A stretch of DNA of 20,000 nt from Hydrurus foetidus (taxonomy: Eukaryota), in NCBI GenBank assembly GCA_900617105.1, contig UYFQ01000182.1:56703-76702 (forward strand), written 5' to 3'. Shown piece after piece: positions 1 to 9,559 of this stretch. The notes beneath the pieces were generated by a model that did not search any database, had not been told where the DNA came from, and was given only the letters and a program-made list of their open reading frames with translations. Position 1 is the stretch's first letter. Every line of letters begins with the position of its first letter. Position numbers and translations under genes: made by a program.

Positions 1-274
1 AGCTCATGACCGGGAAAGGGTCTTTATGAACCCTGAGGGATAAAATATATATTCCGTAGAACAAACTAGTACCGACACCTACTTCAGTATACTCAAATTT
101 GAAATCAAATCCTCTCGATGCGGAGTGGAGATGAGAGAAGTTACTGTAGTTCTATACTTAATGCTTTCAATAAGCGGCGACCTGGCAGTGTAACTGGTAT
201 TTATTTTCTAATGCTTGGATTTGTGTGATGAAGGTTAGTCATAAGCGATATCTCGGCGGATACTTATGCATATA

Positions 275-322
275 CCAGTGGTGGAAATAACGCGGTTTCG
301 GTAAAAACGCGGTTGTACCCTC
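275..322 (+). repeat. Left TIR of pogo-like element (48 bp)
   Basis: CCAGTGGTGGAAATAACGCGGTTTCGGTAAAAACGCGGTTGTACCCTC is the exact reverse complement of 8445-8492. Contains AACGCGGTT twice (289-297, 306-314). Confidence 0.95.
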
Positions 323-412
323 CGTTCTGCACATGAAAAACTACCACATGAAACTATCGTTGGAATGACGAATTCTCCACGAACAAGTAACACCTAGTGC
401 TGTGCTTAGGAT

Positions 413-2395
413 ATGTTGCAACAGATGACTCTGTTCACACAATCCAGCAAAAGTTCCAGTGGATTTTGCCTCTCTAAAAAAATCTCGCAGTTACCGTTGG
501 TGTCTATAGCCATGGAAGCACTCGGTGAAACCAGTCGTATCGGTCGGTTTTCTGATCTTTCGGGATCGTACCACAGTGCGGCATCGAAAGTTCTACCGTG
601 TGAGGAGTATTTCCGAAGTGAACTGTCACCTGATTCGTTCGCCAGGACTCATTCTATACCTCCTACATCTATGAAGCGAATGATCGCAAAGTACAAGGAT
701 GATCAGGAGTCAGGAATTTCGACTTTTAGAGATTCTGGTTCGGGGAGACCACGAAAGCTCGACAAAGTAGGAGGTCAGAATGTGCTAACCGAGCTGGCGA
801 AGCGAACAAGAGATCAGCATGCACCTAATAGGGCTGAATTCCAAGCCATACTCATCAAAGAAGTCGAGCAATCATCAAAGCGCAGAAATATTGCCAATGT
901 GTGCCCTACCATAGTTCCAAAAACGATGTGGAACTACAAAAGTATATTGAAATTGGGACTGAAGACAGCGCAGCTCAAAACGCATGCAAGAATCACTGCG
1001 GAGAACGATCCAAGAAATTCGTTCAGTATGGCGGTAATGAACAAGGCCTTCAGTGAAAAGCTGCATTCATCCATGATTATCAATTGGGATGCCACCCAAT
1101 ATGGGATTTCTCCAGACAAAGATGATATGTGCGTATACTTAAAGGGTAAAGATGTGGGACCTCTCACTTCAGAGAGCGGTGGCGGCACTTATTTATCGGT
1201 CAAGCACTATCACCTTCATAACGCAAATGGTACTGTGGCGCCACCGGTTTTCATCATTGCCGACGATTCAGTTGATGCAGAGTCCTTTGCTTGGCACGAC
1301 ATACCAGAGTTGTCGACGAGCACAGATGTAAACGGGCACGCTTATCTATGCGTCTGCAGGACCCGTAATGCGAATGCCGCATTTTACCGATGGTTCGGTA
1401 CCTTCATCGTAGCGCCTTTCATCATCGATGTCCGTGCTCGATCGAAAGCCAAGTATCCTGATGGTACGCCTATGCGTGCGTTCGTTACCTGCGATGGGGA
1501 ACAGGAGCAGATCAGAGTCTTCCAGGAAGAGGACATGCTCGGCGTTTTCGAGAACGCCCTCATTGACTTTGGGAAGATCGCCGCCTCCTGCAGCGGAATC
1601 CATCAGTCATCGGACGTGAGTCCACTCTTCCGCGCGATCAAGAAAAAGATTCAGTCCGTAGAGACTACTAATTACAAGAGCCCGTTAATGAGCGAAGCAC
1701 TGAAAGATGTGTTGCGTGGGTGTGGCTACTCAAGTGCGATGAAGACAAAGATCAGTGATTCAATTCAAAAGATAGTGAAGACAATCAGATCAGTGATGAC
1801 AGCAGAGATGATTATCACAGGCTACGAGAGAACAGGACAGTATCCTGTGGATTTCGCCAGAACACTACGTCAGACTACATACACATTCAGCATCAAACAG
1901 TGGTCCTCTATGACTAATGCTGTGGACGATGCTGTGGCCATCTTTCGCGCGAGAGGTGCGCTTTCAGAGGACGAGATGGACACCTTGGAAATCCCCAGCG
2001 TGAATGAGGAACAGGTCAACCAACGCCCGAAAGATCAGCGCATGCTCCACCAGCAGCGCGCAGTCATCATGAACTCCGTCGACTGCATTGCGAAGTACAA
2101 AAATCATTACGAGAACAAGGAGTTAGGTGTGATCGAAAAAGTTGCCGCAAGACAGCGCAGAGAAATAGCCAAGGACGCGGCGAAAGAGATAAAGGAGAAG
2201 AAGAAGATTGAAAGAGATGCCTTCAACAACCTGCCTGCCGCCGAGAAAAAGGCAATTCGCAAATCCAAAAGGGATGCAGCTGCCGCCGCCAAGATACTCA
2301 CCGCCCTCGTCGCCGCGGAGGAGCAGGCCAAATCCAGCGAGAGCGATGATGACCTTGATATCTTTGCCGATGAGGACCTTTATGATTGCAATTAA
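413..2395 (+). CDS. pogo/Tigger/Fot1-like (DDE_1-type) transposase, DD39D
   Basis: Uninterrupted 660-aa ORF (alternative start ATG 512). HTH-like segment ending in GRPRKL. IINWDATQY resembles the pogo IxNxDET motif (D226), VTCDG resembles LLxxDG (D361), and SGIHQSSDVSPLFRAIKK resembles THxLQPLDxxxFxxxK (D401). Charged coiled C-terminus with acidic tail. Confidence 0.88.
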   Translation: MLQQMTLFTQSSKSSSGFCLSKKISQLPLVSIAMEALGETSRIGRFSDLSGSYHSAASKVLPCEEYFRSELSPDSFARTHSIPPTSMKRMIAKYKDDQESGISTFRDSGSGRPRKLDKVGGQNVLTELAKRTRDQHAPNRAEFQAILIKEVEQSSKRRNIANVCPTIVPKTMWNYKSILKLGLKTAQLKTHARITAENDPRNSFSMAVMNKAFSEKLHSSMIINWDATQYGISPDKDDMCVYLKGKDVGPLTSESGGGTYLSVKHYHLHNANGTVAPPVFIIADDSVDAESFAWHDIPELSTSTDVNGHAYLCVCRTRNANAAFYRWFGTFIVAPFIIDVRARSKAKYPDGTPMRAFVTCDGEQEQIRVFQEEDMLGVFENALIDFGKIAASCSGIHQSSDVSPLFRAIKKKIQSVETTNYKSPLMSEALKDVLRGCGYSSAMKTKISDSIQKIVKTIRSVMTAEMIITGYERTGQYPVDFARTLRQTTYTFSIKQWSSMTNAVDDAVAIFRARGALSEDEMDTLEIPSVNEEQVNQRPKDQRMLHQQRAVIMNSVDCIAKYKNHYENKELGVIEKVAARQRREIAKDAAKEIKEKKKIERDAFNNLPAAEKKAIRKSKRDAAAAAKILTALVAAEEQAKSSESDDDLDIFADEDLYDCN

Positions 2396-2835
2396 TTAGG
2401 CAGAGTTTAGTTACAAATCCGTTGTTTGAATTTGTCATTGATGTGGGTTCAGATGTAAGGAATGATATTCTATCAACGATTCTTGGCATCGGTAGTCTAC
2501 AAGCGAATTCAAGCTTCATTGATTCTCATCCCCAGTTGAGTTCACCTAGGGTATCAACATCAGAAAAGATAAATGGTTCAGTTAGGCATCATCTGCTGAT
2601 CCGGGGAGACTTGATTTCTTCTCTGAGTTGCTGAATCTGTCAATCCCTCGCTGAAGATGCCCCACCACTGCTAAAAATTCCTCTGCTGCGAGAGTGATAT
2701 TTCCAAGGAACCAAAATAGGATGTGGGATATCTCGTGGCTGTTGATATGCCTACAAATTCTCGTGGAGTAATATCCACGATCAGGAGAGATTTTCAACTT
2801 TCCGAGGTCTCCCGCCACTAAAAAGAATGGAGAAT

Positions 2836-2840
2836 CTCCC
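2836..2840. repeat. 5-bp target-site duplication CTCCC of the copia (other copy 8440-8444)
   Basis: CTCCC immediately precedes the 5' LTR and immediately follows the 3' LTR. Confidence 0.95.
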
Positions 2841-3156
2841 TGTTGGAGTATCCGGAGAAAAGACACTGCTGTAGTTGTATAGTATATGTATGGAACCCGA
2901 CGGACAGCGGCGTGCATCATAGCGCACGTACCGCTGACCGTTGGATGTGTGGGCTCGTGGAGCCATCCATTCACCTGTCTTCAACATGGGTGAAAACGTG
3001 CAATTGTCTTGATATGTAAAGCTTCGTTGCCGTCTTGATTGATGCCGGTGCACAAGTTTAATTATCAAGTAATTACGCAACACAAACCTATTTTACGAGC
3101 CTTGGGTCACCGGTCGCATTAGTCACAAAGCATCCGGATTTAGAGAAATCCCAACA
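2841..3156 (+). repeat. 5' LTR (316 bp)
   Basis: Begins TGTTGG and ends CCAACA. No difference from 8124-8439 found on base-by-base reading. Confidence 0.97.
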
Positions 3157-3169
3157 TAATTAAACTTGT
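3157..3169 (+). promoter_or_regulatory. Non-tRNA primer-binding site, complementary to LTR 3052-3064 (putative self-priming PBS)
   Basis: TAATTAAACTTGT directly follows the LTR terminal CA, lacks the TGG of tRNA-CCA PBSs, and is the exact reverse complement of ACAAGTTTAATTA (3052-3064). Confidence 0.7.
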
Positions 3170-3181
3170 CAGCGCATCGAG

Positions 3182-6100
3182 ATGCCGCCGAAGAAACAAG
3201 AAGAACCAAAATCAGGTGCAGAGCAGTGCATGCTGAGAATCGGACGTTACAACAACGTGGTGCAATGGAGGGAAGACATGCAGAACGAGGCATGCGGCCT
3301 GTACGGGATGACAGGCACGTTCTTCACCACCAACAAAAGCTACGTCCATCCGTATCCTCGCGAGGAGGATTACAATCCCACCTTCCAAACAGTGGAAACG
3401 GATATTCAGACGGCGGGTACCGAAAATGAAGACGAGGAAGACGAATCCGTAGACCCTCGATGATGTCATGATCGGACCACAGCCTCCACCGGTGCCTCCT
3501 GTCGTGTACTCCGAGGCACTCATCGACAAGCTGCGAGCCAATGCATTCGAGGGACGCCGCAAGGCAGTCGAAACGCAAAAAGTCGATGAGCAAAAGCTCT
3601 TTCCACTAATGTGGTCGAGAATGTCAACAGGGTCCAAATCCAAGGTTCGTGAGGAGCCAGGGTTCGAAGCGGCTCGCCTCAGACTGGACAGTGTAAAACT
3701 GTGGGAGTACATTAGAAGGAGTCATTTAACTCACATCTACGGCGAAGATGATTCGATGAGAGCAATGAATGTGCATGAGCAGACCATCAGGTACAACTAC
3801 CTCAGACAGGGTGAACGTGAGGTAATTGGAGACTTCAAGACACGGTTCGATAACCAGGTATCGGCCAACAGAGGTGTTGGTATGACAGAAGTCGAAGAAC
3901 CGATTAGGGCAATCGACTTCCTCAGTAAGTTAGACCCGAAAAGGTATACCGGTATGTTGACCCTTATGCGTAACAATGCCGTACAAAACCTGCCGAATAG
4001 CTTCCCTTCTACCTTAGCCGGAGCCTACAGGGTAGCGTCATCCTGGACCAGCTCGAACGGAGGAGTCCCCCTTGGCGCCGAGCAACATTCCGCGTTCTTG
4101 ACCGATTCTTTGATGAGCACAAAGGAAAAAGTCGCGGGAAAAGGATCGAAGGGAAAGACAGCTGGGACAAAGAAGAAAGCATCGTCAGTGATATGCTTCG
4201 TATGCGGAAAGACGGGACATTTCGCTAGAGACTGCGATCAGCGCAAAGAAGGAGAGCATGCGCTGCACACCAACATCGAAGAAGATGCAGAGGAAGATGA
4301 CGAGAGTATCGAGGCGGCTTTCATCACGACAGATGAAGTTGCCTTGTTCACTCAAAGTCACGTGCTGTTGGACAATCAGGCGTCAGTTAACATCTTCTGT
4401 AACTCCGCGCTTCTCACCGACATTAGGAAATCACAGAACGCGATTCTCCTCAAAGGAGTTCAGTCTGAAGCAAAGGGGGTCAGAGTCGAACAGGAGGGCA
4501 ACTTTGGAGACATCGGACCAGTATATTTCAGTCGCGGAGCAACAGCTAACATACTCTCCTTCGCAGCGATGGCAGACAGAGGTGCCGAGATCAGCTACGA
4601 TCATGAGATTGGGTGTTTCACACTTCGACCAGCTGGAAGCAAGACGAAGTATCACTTCAGCAGACAGGACCTGCCAGGGTCGGCGGGGAGATTCTATGTA
4701 TGGGACGCGAGCAGCGTGGCGATACAGGAGCAAGCATTGGTGACGACCGTCAGAGACAACATGGCTCGGTTCACGAAACGAGAGGTTGCATCGGCAGCAG
4801 CAGCCAGAGAGATGCTAGCCAGGATGGGTTATCCACCGGTCGAGATGGCTATCGCAATGATCAGAGGAGGAAACAACTTCAGCGTCTCTGAAGCCGACTT
4901 CAGAAACGCCCACACAATCTGGGGCAAATGCCTCGCCAGCCTTAGAGGAAAAACCCACAAGAAGTCTTCTCCAGTGCCGGACATTTCAGTGACACCAGCA
5001 CCAGCGCAGCAGCACCAAGTCCTAAGCGTGGATATAATGTACCTAGAGACAACAGCGATACTTATCGCTGTATCCACCCCTCTGGATATGACACTTGCTG
5101 TGAGTCTCATCCGACTAGACACTGATAAGACCTCCCGTGCTGCTGCTGTGGTGAAGCCAGCGTTGAACGAGATGATATCAATCCTCAAGTCCAGGAACTT
5201 CATGGTGCAAGTCATCATGTCCGACGGAGAAGGTGCTATAGGGAAAATGAGACTGGATCTACTTGCCATGGGAATTGAGGTGGATGTCAGCGCAGCTGGC
5301 GGACATGTAGCCAGAATCGAGCGACGGATTCAGATGGTGAAGGAGCGAGCACGCGCTCACATCAACGGTAGGATCCCATTCACTCCAACCGAACTCTGTC
5401 TAACCTATCTAGCTCTGTACTGCGTCTCCCGCATTAACTGCCAGCAGTCAGGATCAAGGCCAGGGGGTCTTTCGCCGAGGGAACTATTTTCTGGACGGCG
5501 GGTTGACGGGAACCTGGACTTTCGTGCCGCCTATGGGGATTACGCCGTCTGTACAGTACCTAACACCAACAACACTATGCTATCTAGAACTGAAGACTGC
5601 ATTGTCATGCTGCCTACACACAGCAGAACTGGATCATTCAAGATGCTGTCATTGGCAACTGGCAAAATCGTCACAAGGGACCAATTCAAGATACTGCCAA
5701 TGCCACAGTCAGTCATCGCGACGCTGAATGCCATGGCAGTCAGAGAAGGGAAGAAAATAAATAAACTCAATTGCATGTGCTTGATGAACTACTATTCGCG
5801 AACAGTCTCGACAAGTCTAAAATGCCACATTTCATTACCAACCCCCCACTCAGGATGCACTTGTCGACGCCGGATCGAGTGACCAACAACCCACACTCAC
5901 CGACCTACAATCAGCAGACAGCATTTTCGAGATCCCTACTTCCGATGTGGGGGGGGGGTACCAGTCGCAGCAGCGGAAACAACTGATTTACCCGATGAAA
6001 TCGGAACTGAGGCCCTCGAACAGATGAGGGTGCAAGACAGCGACGTACTTACACCACCATCACCACCACCACTCGCACCATCGACTGAGCCCGACGACAC

Positions 6101-7980
6101 TCCAGTCGACACACCTGCACTCGACAGCGAATCAGCCCCACAGCAGCTCGCGCACTCAGTGCAATCGCCGGTGAGAGAGCCACGCAGAGCACCAGCACCA
6201 ACAGAGCGAATGGTGACTAGGTCAGCCCGTACGAACGAGGACGCGTTCGTGACAAGCACGGAGGGTACCACCGCGAGACTAGCAGGCGGAGCACAGTCGA
6301 TGCACACCATAGACGAAGTGATGAAACGCCACAGGGAGGAAATGGGCAGGAGCAGCACAGCCAACATCAGCGTCAAAGAAGCATTTCGCACCAGAGGGGA
6401 CGAAGCCAAGAAGGTCATCGTGTCAGAGCTCAGGCAGATGATAGACAAAAGGGTATGGGCACCGGTGATGGGGGGCAAGCTATCAGCGATGCAGAGAGCA
6501 TCTACTATTAGGTCGTCCATGTTCTTGAAGCAGAAGAACAACCCGGATGGAAGCTTCCTCAAGCTCAAAGCTCGACTAGTCGCAGGGGGTGACCAGCAAG
6601 ACAAGGATCTGTACGAAGACCTATCCTCCCCAACCGTGTCCACGTGTGCGGTATTCACCCTGTTGACCGTAGCAGCACATGAGAAGCGACGCGTCGCAGT
6701 AGTAGACATAAGCGGAGCATATCTCAACGCAGACATGACGATGGATGTGCCAGTGCACATGCGCCTTGACCGCACCATGACAGATATCATCATCAGCATC
6801 GATCCAAGGTACGGTAAGTACACAGATGCAAGAGGTGGAGTCACAGTACATCTCAAGAAAGCACTATACGGTTGCGTAGAGAGCGCAGGACTGTGGTATG
6901 AGAATTTGCACGCCACCATGCTCGAACTGGGGTACGTACGGAATATCAGCGACAAATGCGTATTCAACCGAATAGGCCCAGACGGGCACAGTGTACTGCT
7001 GCAGTGCACGTCGACGACTTACTCATCACTAGCAAGAGCAAGGAGACCATGGCCCACCTAGTCGACGGACTGCGCAAAAGGTACGGTGCAATCACATTAT
7101 CGCATGGGCCTGTCATAAACTACCTCGGTATGGCGATAGATATGCATGTACCAGGACAGGCGATGATCACCACCACAGGGTACTGCGACGAAATAGTCAA
7201 GATATCAGGAGTGAAAGGGGTAGCGCGGACACCGGCCACAGAGGGACTGTTCGAGACCAGGGAGGGTGCTGGTGCAGTAACAGAGCCGGTGCGAGTCTGG
7301 TTCCACAAAGTGGTCGCCATGGTGCTCTACTTGGCCAAGCGTACCAAGCCGGAGTGCCTCGTAGCTGTGGCCTTTCTAGCCACGCGAGTTCACAAGTGCA
7401 CGACAGACGATGTCGACAAACTACAGCGCTTAGTGCGGTACATACACGGGACTAGGGACAGCGGCGTACTGCTAAGGCCGGGTGCGGGGGGATCTCGGTA
7501 CGGCTATTCGTGGATGCATCCTACGGGGTACACAGCGATGGGAAGTCCCACACGGGGAGCTGTGTGGTAATTGGCGATGTCGGGGCCGTGCACTGCCGGT
7601 CATCAAAGCAGCTGATAGTGACAAAGTCGAGTACGGAGGCGGAGCTGGTAGGGTTGTCCGACTCAGCTAACCAGGGTATTTTCGTCCGTACTTTTCTCAT
7701 TGCACAGGGATACAAAATGGAGCCGGTGACCATCTACCAGGACAACCAGTCCTGCATGGCACTAGTGGAGCGCGGGAGATCCGGAGCGGAACGCACGCGC
7801 CACATCCAGATCCGTTACTTCTGGGTGAAAGAGCGGGTGGTGACCGGAGAAGTGCGTGTGGAGTACCTACGCAGCGAGGACATGTACGCAAACGTGCTGA
7901 CCAAGCCGCTCCAAGGATCCCAGTTCCAGAGAGAGAGAGACGGGCTCACAGGGTGGCCCACGGTCGAGGGAAAGAATTAA
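3182..7980 (+). CDS. Copia Gag-Pol polyprotein (~1600 aa once repaired), split by ~6 single-base frameshifts in homopolymer runs
   Basis: Zinc knuckle CFVCGKTGHFARDC (4194-4235). Protease VLLDNQAS (D at 4371). Integrase core SVDIMY / SDGEG / HVARIERRIQMVKER. RT motifs KLKARLVAGG, VDISGAYLNA, LKKALYG, VHVDDLL (7007-7018). RNase H motifs VDASY, SSTEAE, YQDNQS, RHIQIRYFWVKE, ANVLTKPL. ORF pieces: 3182-3463, 3468-5882, 5771-5986, 6024-7061, 6956-7570, 7510-7980. Confidence 0.93.
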
Positions 7981-8123
7981 GGGTGCCGGAGGCAGATGCA
8001 CTGCACCATTCGAGAACACTTAGTTAGACATTACTGCTTGCAAAACAATTCATATTTATTTTATTGCTGACATGAAAATCCTATGCGTGCCTGGGTGCTC
8101 AACTACTGCGTGACTGTTGGGTG

Positions 8124-8439
8124 TGTTGGAGTATCCGGAGAAAAGACACTGCTGTAGTTGTATAGTATATGTATGGAACCCGACGGACAGCGGCGTGCAT
8201 CATAGCGCACGTACCGCTGACCGTTGGATGTGTGGGCTCGTGGAGCCATCCATTCACCTGTCTTCAACATGGGTGAAAACGTGCAATTGTCTTGATATGT
8301 AAAGCTTCGTTGCCGTCTTGATTGATGCCGGTGCACAAGTTTAATTATCAAGTAATTACGCAACACAAACCTATTTTACGAGCCTTGGGTCACCGGTCGC
8401 ATTAGTCACAAAGCATCCGGATTTAGAGAAATCCCAACA
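8124..8439 (+). repeat. 3' LTR (316 bp)
   Basis: Identical copy of 2841-3156, followed by TSD CTCCC. Confidence 0.97.
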
Positions 8440-8444
8440 CTCCC

Positions 8445-8492
8445 GAGGGTACAACCGCGTTTTTACCGAAACCGCGTTATTTCCACCACTGG
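8445..8492 (-). repeat. Right TIR of pogo-like element (48 bp)
   Basis: Exact reverse complement of 275-322, followed by TATA. Confidence 0.95.
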
Positions 8493-8894
8493 TATATGTG
8501 CGCTGTAAATTATTTCAAATTTCAAACGCGAGCACATTACCGTAAACGTAATATGTCATGAGAATTTATCAAATAATTATTGGGATCATTCTCAGCAGGG
8601 TCCGGTTAATTAATTAATTCTCAGGAAGATTCTCACCACCCTATATTTTTAATTAATTACATTTTATGAAGATGCTGGGATACAAAATCATTATTTCGCT
8701 GTCACGTGACCTTACAGCTGTGACTGCTTCCAACAGGATTTTTTTTGCTGACGCAATTTTTAAAAAAATGCTAAAATAAATAAGAAATACATGAAATCAT
8801 GAGAATTCTTGATCGATTAGGATCAGCGCATAATTAATTTGTCAAGCGAATTACACGAATCAAATTTGAAGAAGATATCCATGAATACGTTAAC

Positions 8895-8985
8895 GGTGAT
8901 GCCAATGGTGATGATGATGATGCTGCTGATGATGATGGTGATAAGCTGTTAATGATGATGATGATGATCATGATGATGATGACAA
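8895..8985 (+). repeat. Imperfect (GAT)n microsatellite, possibly the remnant of an Asp-rich coding tract
   Basis: Runs of gatgatgat interrupted by gct/ggt/cat. Confidence 0.8.
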
Positions 8986-9559
8986 TGCAGATTCGCTTGA
9001 GTGATCAAAAATATTTTTTTCGAAATTATGAAATCAAGAACAACTTAATCAAAATATTGGAGGTCTTTTAATCGCTTAGTAAAGTAATTAATCTGTTCTT
9101 CGAAACATACTCATAATCTCTGAAGATTTGAATGAAGACATGAACGACACGATGCTTCTGCTGCTAATGATGATACTAATGATGTGTTTAAGCGGTTACC
9201 TTCTTCATTTATGTTGGCGCTATGTTGGTTTTCATCGTCATCTGAGGACATGAGAAGCTGCGAATGTTTTCTTTTCGCCACTTTAGATTTATTGGTTTTT
9301 TCTCTAATTTATTTTTTTGTTGAGTACACATTAGGTTTGCAGTCATCTGCGACGATTCTTAACAACTTAACAAATCATGCTGCTATGACACAAAATTGAA
9401 ATATGCAGTTGTGTCGTGAAAACGACGTTAAAAAATGAAGGGAAACGAGCAGTACAAGTGCTCAAAATGTGCGACTTTAAAAATTTCTTTAAAAAGCACG
9501 TTTGAAAATTTAAGTTAAAAATAATTTAACCCCAAGAGTGCCTATTGATAGAGTTTGAT

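Larger units (their letters stand above)
2841..8439 (+). mobile_element. Ty1/copia LTR retrotransposon (CoDi-like), full length, 5599 bp
   Basis: Two 316-bp TGTTGG...CCAACA LTRs, 5-bp TSD, internal domain order gag-PR-IN-RT-RNaseH. Confidence 0.96.
275..8492 (+). mobile_element. pogo-like (Tc1/mariner superfamily) DNA transposon; 2614 bp before the nested copia insertion
   Basis: Perfect 48-bp terminal inverted repeats (275-322 / 8445-8492), flanked by TATA on both sides (271-274, 8493-8496; consistent with a TA TSD). Encloses a 660-aa DDD transposase ORF. Confidence 0.93.

Noticed and set aside
269..274. Extending the TIR to 54 bp (CATATA / TATATG)
   Set aside because: Better explained as a TA duplication inside a palindromic CATATATG target.
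2396..2835. Second gene in the 3' part of the pogo element; hairpin TCGTGGA-N6-TCCACGA at 2761-2780
   Set aside because: Only short stop-interrupted frames; a 7-bp stem alone is too weak to call.
2781..3083. Minus-strand ORFs in the LTRs (also 8103-8366 and 2582-2974)
   Set aside because: They run across LTR boundaries, use non-ATG starts, and are duplicated only because the LTRs are.
3182..3463. Separate 93-aa ORF or programmed +1 frameshift at the gag start
   Set aside because: No Ty1-type CTTAGGC signal; deleting one C from CCC fuses it to the next ORF, like the other homopolymer indels.
5936..7009. 357-aa antisense ORF over the RT region
   Set aside because: Shadow of the pol frame with no recognisable motif.
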